Below, in pieces: positions 1 to 13,099 of a DNA stretch of 64,000 bases. The stretch is from Octopus vulgaris. Its lineage: Eukaryota. The position numbers were made by a program, and so were the translations under genes. The notes below the pieces were generated by a model. It saw only the letters and a list, made by a program, of their open reading frames with translations. It did no database searches and was not told the DNA's origin. The DNA is taken from assembly GCA_951406725.2 (NCBI GenBank), contig OX597823.1:248001-312000 (forward strand), in the 5' to 3' direction. Positions within the stretch are counted from its first letter, which is position 1. Every line of letters starts with the position of its first letter.

Positions 1-749
1 TCAAAGGATTGAGATTTGAAAATGCTTCTTACTTAAATGAGCTGATGATAGTAAGAAAGTATAAAGGTCACAGTTGTGGACAGTTGTATATGCATGTTTG
101 GTGGGAAGAAAAGAGCAAAAGAAAATAAATTAGGTTTCTAAAATTAGCCAATTAACTATTTCTGAAAGAAAGTTGTGTGTGTGTGTGAGCATGTGTGTGT
201 GCATTATATAATTCCTTTATGTAAAACACAATTCACCAATATATTTTTGTCACAACCCTAATAATTCTACATTGATGCCGCTAGGATCTAAGTGGGGTTG
301 TCTGTGGCAGATATTGGTGACTGAATTTCTTTTAATTTATTAATATCTATTTTCACAAGGTAAAGCTAACTCTAACAGGATGTTTGGGAAAACTAGAGAG
401 TTTAGATCACTTAGACAAGTGGTGAATTTATAATAGCAAATACAATCTAACAATCGCAATATTAAAAAAAAAATTCACTTAATTAAGAATTAAGCCCTGG
501 ATTAATGAGAGGGAATAGATTGTTGGAATGTTCATGTCAGCCTCACTGACAAATATGTGATGCAGCACAAAACTGTCAATTTAAAGCCAATCTTAGCTTA
601 ACTTTCAATAACAACGCTTTTATTTTCTAATGGAGGGAAAAACATGCTACATTACAATGCAGCACAAAAACAATGCATTTAAGTAATTATAGAAATGGGT
701 GTAACACAGATAATTAACAAACAGATATCAATGTAAACATTTAATTATA

Positions 750-1112
750 TATCATCATCATTTAATGTCCGTTGTCCATGGGTTAGACAGTGGGACCAGG
801 GCTGGTAAGCTGAGGGGGCTGCACCAGACTCCACTCTGATTTGGCATGGTTTCTATGGTTGGATGCTCTTCCAAATGCCAACCACTCCAAATGTGTAATG
901 GGTGTTTTTACGTATCACTGGCATGGGTGCCAGTTGTGACTCTTCAGTATCTGCCATGACTATGATTTCATTTGGCTTGAGGGGTCTTCAACTCAAGCAC
1001 GGCATGTTGCTAAACATCTCAGTCATTTGTCATTGCTTCCATGAGGCCCAACACTTGAAAGGTGCTAGTCACACGACACCAGCATGGGTGCTAGTCACAC
1101 GACACCAGCATT
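750..1112 (-). mobile_element. Diverged RTE 3' UTR copy; similar short copies at ~36520-36695(+), 47770-47860(-), 50810-50945(+), 59592-59742(+), 62820-62990(-)
   Basis: Shared motifs ctggatgcccttcctaacgccaacc and ccatgctagcatgg, usually with (GAT/CAT)n tails. Confidence 0.8.
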
Positions 1113-1166
1113 GACCATGAATAGGTAAATAAGAGAAATATACGAATACTCAAAATAAGGGTTTAA

Positions 1167-1386
1167 CCGTTTAGCATTGAGATTACTCAGTCAAATTCAA
1201 TGCTTCTTTATCCACTTTGTTTTCAACTGATCCTGCATAATCCCATAACTTTGAGAGTTCAATGATGTGATTGATTAATTTTAGAATGACATTGTAGGGT
1301 AAGCGTGAGAGGCTGGATCTGGTCAGTTTGAACTTATAATAAGTAGAATGCTTCGGTTTGATATGGCCAATCTAAATGCTGAAGGG
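1167..1386. mobile_element. piggyBac-type MITE (220 bp)
   Basis: TTAA|ccgtttagcatt ... aatgctgaaggg|TTAA. Confidence 0.8.
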
Positions 1387-2571
1387 TTAAAACCATAAAT
1401 TTATTGAGGAAAAGTACAGCTGATGGAATAGATACCACTATACAGCTGGGTAGCTTTTAATTGGAACCAGGAAGATGAAAGGAAAAGTCAGCCCTAGCAA
1501 GATGAAAGGCAATAGCTCCTGGGAGATTTGAACTTACAAAATAGGTGTTAACTAAATACAGAGAGGCATTTACTATGATATTTCATTACTTTAACAATAA
1601 CATTGATAACTAATAATGATTGCTTGTGTTTTCTTTTACAGTCATGGAACCGTTTATTTATTAGGATGAAAGGAAATGCAAAGTTGTATGTTCTTGGTTT
1701 GCAAACAACTTACAACTGTACATAGAAGAAAAACAGCAATAATTCAAAGTAACGCCTCAGTTGAAACAACACAGCAGGCTCAAATAGGGAGTTAATTTGT
1801 TAAAAAGAGGGTAAGAACATATTTTGGGAACAGCTAAGAGTTGAGAAGGAGAGAGAGAGAAAAAAAAATTATATATATATATATATAATGCACACACACA
1901 CACACACACACACACATAAGATATCAAGAGTTTAGTGTGAAGAGGTACGGTTGGTGGGTGAATTGTAGTAGGCCTTGAATGGAGTAGGAGAAAGCCAGAG
2001 AAGTAAATGCTGCCAACATCTGGGTATCATTAGAGATTGAATGAACAATAAGATAGGAACCATTTCCTTTTATTGTTTTTTTAAAAGAGGTTTTGTTTCT
2101 TTGTTAAACACTTCCACATCCATTTAAACTTTGTTTACTTGTTTCTTTCTATGCCTCTGGTGGGTTCTGGTAAATCTGAACATTTTAAGCTTTTTTGCGC
2201 TCTCTCTCTCTCTCCCATACACACACACAAGAAAGAGATGATTTCATATTTTGATTCTCCAACACTGGAGTACTTTGGAAATTTGCTGTGGTGCTTATTT
2301 TAGAGATGAGCTGACAGTGTTTAAAAGAACAATGTGATATTGTGAAAATCTAAGTGAATCCCCCACGTTACAATCTAGTGTAGAGACTGTTGATTCATTT
2401 ACCATTCACACGATGTCTTTTTCACCAGACAAAATAATATTCATTTTGCAATTATGAATGGCCTATTGTTTCTTCCATCTGAATCTACAAATTGTTGCTT
2501 ACAAAATGGACTATTAATTATATCACTGTCTAATTGTACTGCAACATGTGGTAGTTATTGGGTCAGTAGAA

Positions 2572-2757
2572 AAATCCTCCAAGAATCCATAAAAGTTTCC
2601 GGATCACTACCAAAATTTCATCATCTGTTCCTTGTGTCATTACCAACTTTTCCTGCAAGTTTCATTAAATACCGTTCGCAACCTTTTGAGTTATTTTGCA
2701 GACAGACGGACAAACCAACACCAATGAAAACATAACCTCCTTCCTTGGTGGAGGGAA
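2572..2757 (-). mobile_element. HINE-like element, 5' part
   Basis: Minus strand reads cctccaccaaggaaggaggttatgttttc...tttgtccgtctgtctgc...ataactcaaaa. Confidence 0.65.
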
Positions 2758-5384
2758 CGAAACTAAGCAGTCGGAATGTCTTTTAGTAATCAAGTAATTT
2801 CCTCTCAAACAAATAAGAATGAGGGAATCTCTATATGACTTTTGTTTTAGCTTGTTAAATATCCTCCAAATCACTATTTATTGCCTTTCAAAAAATAGGA
2901 CAAAACTGATGAAGAAGAAGACAAAAATTGGGAGGATCACAGTTAGTAGATCTTTGTTCTTAAATTTGACTAAACTGAGCTGATTAGGGCTTCAAGAACA
3001 AGTTGCTTTCCTTTATTTTTTCTTTGATGGCAAGTCTGTTTCTCTAAGAAGGAAGTGTGATCCACCAGCTTAAACTGAAGAATATAGTATCAATATTTAG
3101 CCTGCTTCTATCTAAGTGAAACCCAAGCAGCACTGAAGCAGAAAAGGGAAAGACATTTACGTCTGAAATCATAATCTTTCAGGATCATTCTTAAACTGAG
3201 GCATATAAAGACTGAAAGCTTTAAACTGGTTCTTTCCTGTGAGAACATTTTTTCTTATTATTACTAATTCTTTTATTGATAGCACTTGGCCTGTGTAAAT
3301 AGAATTAATAGCTACACAAATACAAAACCCCTTTTGTTAGAATAGAGTTTTAACAGCAAAAGATACTTGTGGAAATAATGAGTATGTGTTGTGTAAGGAA
3401 AAGAAAAATGTTTCTTATTGTTAACTTGGAAAATTAGTAAATAATTCAAGACAATGACAACAGCATCATGAACAAGAACAACATTGGCACAAACAAAATA
3501 ACTTGTATTCGTCCAATGAAAAAATGTTGTTTTGTGAAGCTACACAAAATTAAACTCTTGTCCAAATGACTGGTTATTTCTAATAAGCCCAGCATCTGAT
3601 GTAGGCTTGCATTTAGAAACTACTAGACATTTATAGAACAAGAACTACTGAAAATTTAAAGTAGCTGTTTGTGAGCTGCTGCCACCACCACCCTCCTCAA
3701 TATCATATAACAAATCATTCTTCTGAAGAGTAAGGCAATTTCTAGAATACATTGATATATTTAAATACCAATTCTTTTCAAGACTCATTTGGGTGTTTTA
3801 ATTGTTCACACAAATTAATAAGCTATTACTGAATGTTGTTGTGATGGATGCAGCTAATTTCCACTTGCAAACAGCCAATTCCTAAGACTTTTGCAACAAT
3901 GTCTCTTGCTATAAATTTTATAATTGATCAGAATAATTTATTTTTAACTTAATTATGACTCACAGTTATAAAATTTAATAAAAAAAAAAAAGGGAAAAAC
4001 CAGTGATTAGAACAGTTCAATAAATGAACACTGAGAAAACGTTTTATCACTGAAAAGGTAATTAAATAGATTGAATAATATTAATAAATAAATTGAGGCA
4101 AAATATTTCACGAATCCAGTAGATGGCATTTTCATGGATTTCTTTGTATTTCTAAGATTTTACATCTGTGTCATAATTCTTATTAATATTAAATCAGAAT
4201 TGTGGTGGAGCTAAAACAATATACTTATATATTATAAGTACTCTTACGTGAGTAACATATAAATATTAATTTGCTGTTAATCAATTAAGGGATAATGATA
4301 TATTTAATTAGGGAAATATTTCATTGGAGTCAAAATCGACATTTTTGTTTGTCCAACACTTCAAGAATTTTTGCATGTGTATGTAGGTATATGTATATCT
4401 GTAAGCATGCAAACAGGTGTATAAGCTATTGATGCTTATAAAAAAAACATTTCAAGTTACATTGGATAGTTTCGAAAATGAAGCCAAACGTTGTCAGTGA
4501 AAATATGAAACCTGAACAGACATGGAATATTTCCTCAGTATAGGGAGACTGATGAAAATAAATCTCTGCCTGGTTGAGGGGATTCTGTGTGTTAGGCACA
4601 GTGGTCAGCTTCACTGGTCAGTATTAAAAATTGGCTTGAAATGAGAAAGATCCTAAGTTCCATTCCTATCATAAGGTAGAAGTGAAACAAAAGGACTGAG
4701 AACCTTTGCTATGCCATTGTCATCAGAATGAAGGTCACTTTATAGGTTCATATAGATTGTGAGTTTAAATTTTTTCTGTTCTGCTGCCTATCAGAGCAGA
4801 TGGGCAACCAATGTATCTTACAATTCACATAAATATACATATTGATGAGTTGGTTTTACAATTTGTTTGTCATCAGTGCAGCTGGAGCAAATCTTCAAAA
4901 CTCGTTTATTTTTGGTGCTGTAAAACTAACTGTAAGAATACACTTAGACGCTTTGTGCAGTTAAAGCACAAAATCTTTGATTCAGACTTTTCAGTTTATG
5001 GTATTTACTGGCTCTGATTCTTTTAGTGAAATGAGACAATTATATATATTTTTTATATTGGTTCAAAGTACATGTGTATCATCGTGTTACTTTTTAGGAT
5101 CCTAATCTATTCAAGTCTGCCATTTTTTAAAAATATTATTCATTCACAAAATTACAAATAATTGTTTATGACAAAACTTAGTTAAGAGACTTAACAAAAG
5201 TAAAAGGATACAAAAACAACTACGAAAAATATTATAAAAGAAAATCAGGAACATTTTTTGAACAGTTTTTTTTTAAAAATGATCATTTTAGAAGAAAGAA
5301 ACTTAATTGGATACATAAACCTTCCTTTCTGAGATTAAAGTATTGGAGAAATCTGAACTTTAACCCTCTAAATCTGAACTTTGA

Positions 5385-6473
5385 CCCTCTGGCATTTAAA
5401 CTGACAATTCTTGACTCAAACATTCTTCCAGCTCCATGCTAAAACTGGACAAATCCAGCCTCGACATTCTAAAAATATACAATCACATCATCAAAATCTC
5501 AAAGCTATGAGATAATCAATGATTAATTCAAGGAATGAAGCCAATATGCTTCGCTGGATGTGTAAAGCCAGTGTGCATACTCGACAGAGTGTAAGCGCCC
5601 TGAGAGAAAAGTTGGACTTAAGAAGCATCAGATGTGGTGTGCAAGAGAGATGACTGTACTGGTATGCTCATGTGTTGTGTATGGATGAGGACAGCTGGGT
5701 GAAAAAGTGTCACACCCTAATAGCGGGGGGGGGGGGAACCTGTGGAAGGGGCAGACCCAGAAAGACCTGCGATGAGGTGGTGAAGCATGACCTTTGAACA
5801 TTGGGCCTCACCGGGACTATGACAAATGACCGAAACCTTTGGCGATATGCTGTGCTTGAGAAGACCTGGCAAGCCAAGTGAGACCATAACCGTGGCCTAT
5901 GCCAGTGCTGTATAACCAGCTCATTTAAGAGTACCCTTCAATCATTGGACAACAAACTATATTTGCGAAGACCTGTTGAGGCAAGTGAAATCGCTGTTGT
6001 GGCTGATGACAGTACCACCTGATTGGCACCTGTGCCAGTGGAACGTTAAAAGCACCATTTGAGCGTAATTGTTGCCAGGGCCGCTGACTGGTTCCCATGC
6101 CAGTAGCATGTAAAAAAAGCACCATTCAAGCGTGGTCGTTGCCAGTGCCACCAGATTGGCTCCTGTGCAGGTGGCACATAAAAAGCACCATTTGAATATG
6201 GCTGATGCCTGTACCGCCTGATTGGCCCTTGTGCTGGTGGCACGTAGAAGCACCCACTACACTCTCAGAGTGGTTGGCGTTAGGAAGGGCATCCAGCTGT
6301 AGAAACATTGCCAGATCAGATTGGAGACTGGTGCAGCCTTCTGGCTCGCCAGTCCTCAGTCAAACCGTGCAACCCATGCCAGCATGCAAAGCGGGCATTA
6401 AACGATGATGATGATGATAATGAATGTGAATGAACAAGCATCACATTAAACAGAATTATCTGAATGCTAAAGG
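5385..6473. mobile_element. Second copy of the same MITE in opposite orientation, split by the RTE insertion
   Basis: 5385-5530 plus 6424-6473 align to the reverse complement of 1167-1386 (atccagcc, caatcacatcat, tctcaaag, aatgctaaagg). Confidence 0.72.
5531..6423 (+). mobile_element. RTE LINE 3' fragment nested in a MITE
   Basis: Closely similar to 56370-57230 (EANMLRWMC...GRPRKT, 3' UTR repeats, (GAT)n tail). Confidence 0.92.
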
Positions 6474-7444
6474 ATACGAATGATGCTGGTTACATGAAAT
6501 GAAATAAAAGAGCATATTGTAAAACACTGAAAAAAATTTATCTCCACAAAATGTAATTAAAGAACACTTAATAGTGATTAAATCAATAATCCAGATGTAA
6601 AATTTACTAACATATCCTTATAAACAGAAGAGCTTCTTTGAAGTCTTACTTTTCAGAAGCATTTACAGCGGGTTTGATTATTTCTAAATTAATACCTGTG
6701 AAATTGTAAATTTTAATGCATTATATTACAGTTGACATTTAGGTAGTTGCTACATTATTACCGATTCCAACTGCAATAACTGCTTCTCACTCTCATTCCA
6801 CAGCTGTGTGTAGAGTTACATAAATGGATACTGATAGAAACATGTATGTCAAAACATAAATTCTTCAATTACAAATGCCATCACATCTTCAATCTGTCCA
6901 CAATATAAACTGGAGCATCTCTCAATCAATTTAATAGTATCTTACAAAGAAAGAACTACTTGTATTATTCAGGGAGTGCAAAGGGTCCAATTTTAAATAG
7001 AGTATAATCTTTAAATTTTCGAATTTGACATTATGGAAGATAAATTCAAAACATCAAACAAAGGGATTTCTAATGTGAACACAAACATCAAAATTTATCT
7101 CAATATTACTTTTTAACCATTGAAAATAGATGAAATTTGCCTTAGGCCTCAGCAGCATGTTTTAGAGATAGGAACCGTAAAAATCCAATTTCAAAATTGT
7201 CTGCACCCAATCTCCTTATAGTAAAGATCCTATGGATATTTTTTTAATTTTTGCTAGCAGACAAATCTTGTTTGAATTTCTAAGGCTTAGAATAACAGCA
7301 TACACACTGTGAAAGAAAGGAATTCTTAAAGGATAGGAAAGGGACTCTGTTTCTTGCAATGTGAGTGGAAGCTAATGAGAACACAAGTAATCTATTGGGT
7401 TGAAAAACACCTATATTAGTAACATAGCTCCTGACCTACAGTGT

Positions 7445-7477
<33 letters not shown>

Positions 7478-8075
7478 GTAATAACTTGCAAGTTATTAGC
7501 TCTTTGGAAATATTACAGCAATGGGGGTAAGACTATCTTTATGGTTATGTGTGTATGCGTTTAAGAGCATCTTCACAGTTCTGAGCTAGATACTTGTGTG
7601 AATATATACAAATGCAAATAGTAGGAAGAAGAGATGAAAGTGTGTGTGTGTGTGTTTAGTTTTAATCTCCCAGAACCCAAAACACCCAAATCCCCCACCC
7701 CCATCCTCTAGTATTCCGGCAAGAAAGTAGAAGCATCTGGGACAGCGACTCCATCTGATTTTCTCCACCCCTGCTATTACAGCATGAGACTAAACTAAGT
7801 AAATAAGTAAGAAATAGGGTTCAGTCGGCTGTACTCTAAAAAAAAAAAATTAAAAAAAAAGACAAGCAGGGGGGAAGAAAGAGCAAAATAAATATCACAG
7901 GGAAGAACTGTCAGGGTTGTTATGATTGTGGATAGCAAGGATAGAAGGAGATTGCAGACTCAGAGAAGTTGTTGCCTTGTTTCTCTTAACAGAAATCATC
8001 ATTATCACCATTATTATTATTATCAGTAGTATCATTATTATTATTATTGTTATTATTATTATTATTATTATCATC

Positions 8076-8965
8076 AAGGTGGTGAGCTGGCAGAATTGTA
8101 ACTGTGCCAGAGAAAATAGCATCATTTCTTCTGTTCAAATTGTAAGTCCGAAGTTTGAATCCACTGTAGATGACTTTGCCTTTCATCCTTTTGGGGGTTG
8201 ATAACATAAGTACCAGTTGAATACTGGGGTTAATATGATCCACGTACCCCCTCACCTGAAACTGTTAGCTTTGTGTTAAAAATTGAAACCATCATCATCA
8301 TCATCATCATTATTAAGGCAGCAAGCTGGCAGAATCATCAGCATGCTAAATGAAATGCTTAGTGGTATTTTGCCTGTCGCTACATTCTGAGTTCAAATTC
8401 TGCCGAGGTAGACTTTGCCTTTTATCCTTTCGGGGTTGATGAAGTAAGTAGCAGTTGAGTACTGGGGTCTATGTAATCGACTATTCCCCTCCCCCAAATT
8501 TCAGGTTTTGTGTCTATAGTAGAAAGGATTTTTATTATTGTTATTATTATTATTAAAAGGCAGCGAGCCGGCAGAATTGTTACTGTTCACGTAAAAATGC
8601 TTAGTTACATTTTGTTTGTCTTTACGCTCTGAGTTCAACTTTGCTTTTCATCCTGGGGGGGGGGGGTCAATAAAATAAGTACCAGTTGGACACTGGGGTC
8701 AATGCAATCAACTATCCCCTACCCACAAATTCCAGGCATTGTGCTTATAGTAGAAAGGATTATTATTATTGATAGTATTAGTAGTAAGGCAGTGAACTGG
8801 CAGAATCATTTGCATGCCAGGAAAAGTGCTTAGTGGCATTTCTTCTAGGAATTTATATTTTGAGTTCAAATATCAGCAAAATCAGCTTTACTTTCCATCC
8901 CTCCAGGATTGATAAGGTATAGAGTTCAATATCCACCAATCCCTTCTTTTTAATATTGCTAGCTT
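8076..8965 (+). mobile_element. Four head-to-tail copies of a ~215-bp tRNA-derived SINE
   Basis: Starts at 8076, 8315, 8557, 8786 (aaggc.g.gagctggcagaat; B-box-like gagttcaaattc; core gactttgcctttcatcctttcggggtcgataaaataagtaccag), separated by (TAT/CAT)n. Confidence 0.9.
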
Positions 8966-11673
8966 TAAGGCTTTAGCTGTAGAAAGAAAGAAAATAGAGG
9001 GAGATTTAGTTACAAATCTAGACGAGGCTCTTAAGGACAGGCATCACGACTGACGTGTTGGCAGTGATGTTGGCCCTCAACCAACATTTCAACGGCAAAC
9101 ATGAGGGCTGCATTGTAAGAGCTAAGGCATGTTCAGTAAATGGGGAGGGGACTAAGGCCAGTCAATGGGTCCACATGGTGGAGGCCAAGCATAGCAACAA
9201 GGTGACTATTCGGTCTTTGGTGGACCAGCACTTTATTTGACTGTTTGGGACAAGCAGTGGAACAGACAATGGGGCAGACTTCAGTGTGTACCTGGATGGC
9301 CTGCTGTGACTCTCAGTGAACGAGGCAGAGTGCTGTGAAAGACTGATAACTGCCTGGGAAGTACAAGAAGCGATGAAAAGCTGCATGAGAAGTAGATCGC
9401 CGGATTTGGATGGTCTGCCCTACAAGGTTTACATTTCAATGCCAGACTTGTATGTGGGCCTCTCAGCGGATGTCTACTGCAGCTAGCAACAAAACAAAAA
9501 TTCTTGCTTTTGTTTGTTGAAGGGTGGTGGCACTGCTGAGAAAGGACCCAAACAAGAGGAATGTGATAGAAAATTTCAGGCCCATCACTCTGCTCAATGC
9601 AGTGTTGAAGATTTTGGACATGGTATTAGCCAAGATGTTGGCGCTTGTCATGGACAAGCTGATTGGCAAGGTGCAAACATGCGCCATCCTGACCAGGTCT
9701 ATCCAAGACAACCTCCATCTCATGAGCTACAACATAGAGAGGGTGGGTAACAAAGCTGGCACGGGTGGGGCTTTGATCAATTTAGATCAATCTAAAGACT
9801 TTGATAGGGTCGACCATCGATACTTGGCAGCTGGTTTTGGTCCAGTCTTCCGCGGGTGGATTGCTGCTTTGTACAGTGGCATCTGTTCAGTTATACGGGT
9901 GAACAGTTACCTGTTGGAGCCGTTCAGCATCTTGTGTTCAGTCTTCCAAGGATGCCCTCTCTTCTCCCTTCTCTACATGTTGACTCTCAAACCATTACTG
10001 CAGAAGTTGGAGGCTTTGAAGAGTGTCCCACATAATCTAAGATGTGGCAAGAGTGTGTCTGCCTACACCAATGACATCACCGTGATGGTGTCAAACCACA
10101 GGCATAGCGACCTGATTGGTGAGACACAAAGCAAGTACAAAGTGGTGACAGGTGCAAAAATTAACACGGACAAGTTGGTGGGCTTGCCACTCAGCACTTG
10201 GAGAGGCAAGTCCATGCCGTCCAACAGCCTCATGGGATGCTGGACAGACAGTCCCGTTAAATTGCTTGGGGTCTGGTTCGGTCCGCACTTCCAGGTGGAA
10301 AAAAACTGGGACGAGGTGACAAACAGGGTGGCCAATCTCACCCAGAAATGGGCTGAGAGGAAGCTGTCTTTGTAAGGTTGAGCCATGGTGGCGTATGCAC
10401 ACATTCCATTGGTCATCTATTACTGCTTGACCATCGTCCCTTGTCCTGACTACTGGTTGACCAAACTGGTGTGCTTACTCTTCTGTTTTCTGTGGAAGGG
10501 GCAGGTACCACTGGTCAGGCACTCCATCTGCTGTCAACAGCTGCTGAACAGAGGCCTTGGCATGCCGTGGTTACTAATGTGCAGACATGTGGTCAGGCTA
10601 CAGCATCTCAAGTGTTTCCTGGACGGTGAGCAGGTGTGGTCACCGTTCATAAAACTCGCCTTTCCACAGCTTGTCTCTTTGACTGAGCTGCAATCTTGGA
10701 TCAAACATAGACCTAGAAAGGGCACTTGGCACCTCAAGTGCCATCAAGCACTCACTACCCTCTGCCAGGCGGGCAATGTGATCGGTAGTAATTCCACTCT
10801 AAGAGTTCTATGGAGGGTTAGTGGAGGAAAAGTGTGATGACATTCTTGGTGAAACTCTAGGCGTTGACAATTATCAACTAAGCAGTCTGTTTGGGAGAAC
10901 TTTCAGGTCGGAGCCCATAGATAACTTCCAGAAGTCCTTCACCTGGTAGTGCTAAAGAGGGGTGCTGCCTGTTTGGGATAAACTTTGCAGGCACGGAAGT
11001 GCCATCAGCTGGGCCTGCCTGAGGTGTACTCAGAACAACGAAACCATTCTGCAAGCACTTGTTCAGTGCTGAAGTATTGCTGACCTGTGGGTTTATGTCG
11101 AACAGTTGCTGTCGTGTGTAGGACAGATCTGGCTATCAGCTGAATCCATAGTGAAGATTGCCCTGCCAACTCACTTTAACTGGGAGGGGAAGACCATTTT
11201 CATTTGTCTGGTGGTTGTAACAAAAGGGGTAGTATGGTGGACCCATTTGAAAGGGCTAAAGTCAGACACTTTCCTCTTTGGCCAAGGTCTCATCAACTTT
11301 TCCAAGTTCCACTTGAAAAGGAAGGTGAGAGTAGAGTGGAGGGAAGTGTTGTCTTTTAGCAAATTTGTTGAAAGGTGGGTGAAGGTCAGAACAATGGCCA
11401 ATATGGATGGACCAATTCTGGGATTACACCTATAAAAAAAGAAAGGTATAAAAGGGAGAAAGGGCTTTTGCCCTGTTGACCAGGCACCTATGGCTTTTCT
11501 GGGATTTTTTCCACAAGTAACCTTCAAAGTGCTTCCCCCTATTGGGAGTATTGTTATATTATTTTCATTATCAAATGTTTACATGGACCTTTTTTGCAAG
11601 ACCCTTTGTTTATTGTCTTGTGTTGTCCTTTAATGTTTCTGATTTATATTAGTCCTTGTGGCCAATAAAAATT
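8966..11673 (+). mobile_element. 5'-truncated, decayed L1/Tx1-clade LINE (ORF2)
   Basis: NFRPITLLN..KIL, RSIQDNL, LDQSKDFDRVDH, QGCPL, decayed YADD (AYTND), KLLGVWF, C-terminal zinc-knuckle remnant CLRC..NETILQALVQC. AATAAA at 11664 then (TAT)n. Multiple stops and frameshifts. Confidence 0.9.
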
Positions 11674-11682
11674 TATTATTAC

Positions 11683-11718
<36 letters not shown>

Positions 11719-11731
11719 TATTATTATTACT

Positions 11732-12050
11732 AGTGATTTGACTCAGGTTCGTTCTTATTCCTGGCAGGATTTATGTGGGTAGCGGGTTACTACCTGGGTA
11801 ACCTTAGGCATCCACAAGCTTTCAATAGTCTTTCAAGTGTTTAAGACCTTCCTGATAATCTTTTCTGTTCCTAAGAGGAATATTTTCTGTAGAAGTTCTA
11901 CAGAGCATTCTGTTCCAATTCCTTCAGTCATTTGTTTACATCTTTACCTACAATTCCAATGCACCATTTATTACAGGCACAATCTTTACAGTTCTCATAT
12001 TCCAAATTCTTACAATTTCAAATTTTAAAGGTTGTATTTTTTTGACTTTT
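11732..12050 (-). mobile_element. 3' end of an R4/Dong-like (restriction-like endonuclease) LINE
   Basis: Minus-strand reading with two frameshifts: QPLKFEIVRIWNMRTVKIVPVINGAL/GIV.../IGTECSVELLQKIFLLGTEKIIRKVLNT*, followed by a short UTR and (AAT)n. Confidence 0.72.
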
Positions 12051-12829
12051 ATTCTTATTTTGTATCATGATCATCATCATCAAGAAGAAGAAGAAGAAGT
12101 AGGCAGCGGCAGTTATCCTGTAGAACCACTGGCAATGTAAGCAAAATGTTTAGTGACATTTTGTTTGTCTTTAGGTCCAAAGTTCAAATTCTGCCAAGGA
12201 TGACTTTGCCTTTCATCCGTTTGGGGGCTAATGAAATGAGTACCAGGCAAGTACTGGGGGTGGGGTGTCAATATAATCAACTAGCACCCCCCCTCTCATA
12301 AAATTCCATGCCTATAGTATAAAGGATTATAATTATTACTAGACTGTTTTTAACCTTTAAGGCACTGATAATACTAACTGCAGTCACATAGCGGGTAGGG
12401 GTTGATTCAGTAAGCTATTTGTTGCACATAACCAAGGGGCTCAATACAGTTCAAATTACTATTCTATGAAGCGTCTGTTATGCTTGAGCAACAAATATTT
12501 TGATCCTGTTTTACGACAACTTGGCCTTCAACTGAAAAACTGTGAACTGATGTAAACAGTTTTGAAAGTTTCTCATTTCTAGATCTTTACCACCAAACGA
12601 TCAATGTATAAAACCTATTCTCATTATTGCATATGTCTTATGTTTTTTTTTTTTATTACACTCAATGTGCTGGATGTATTTTGGGACTTGCATAATTTTC
12701 TTCCAACTGTTGCATTTGATCTTTATAGAGTTTTCTGCTTTTAGCTTTTATTATTTATCTTTCCCTCTTTAATGCAGCCATAACTGACCAGATTGTAGCT
12801 CATAAACATGTTTATTATAATACTACTAT

Positions 12830-13072
12830 TTTATCAAATTAACAAGATTATCCACCATCTTTTCAACAACCTTTTTGAATTCCATGATAAACACTTGCAG
12901 ACATGCTGATAAAATCAAAAAACAACTCAGCACTCATGACTTTCAGAAACACTTTTTCACGTTCAGAATTCCTGAAGCATGGAATAAACTATCCACATCA
13001 GTTGTTAACTGTCGAGACACTACATCCTTCAAAACTTCCATGCTTCCTGAAATCCGCCACCAGTACACCTGA
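12830..13072 (+). pseudogene. CR1/L2-type LINE extreme 3' fragment
   Basis: FQKHFFTFRIPEAWNKLSTSVVNCRDTTSFK matches the FF..R....WN.L...VV....FK terminal motif. Confidence 0.65.
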
Positions 13073-13099
13073 GCACTGTATACGACAATTTCCTTCACT

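Noticed and set aside
5925-6408. Clusters of overlapping short ORFs (also 37988-38536, 39135-39508, 56758-57245)
   Set aside because: Spurious frames in the GC-richer RTE 3' UTR repeats.
8315-8410. tRNA gene
   Set aside because: A/B-box-like head continues into the SINE body and is multicopy and degenerate; no cloverleaf.
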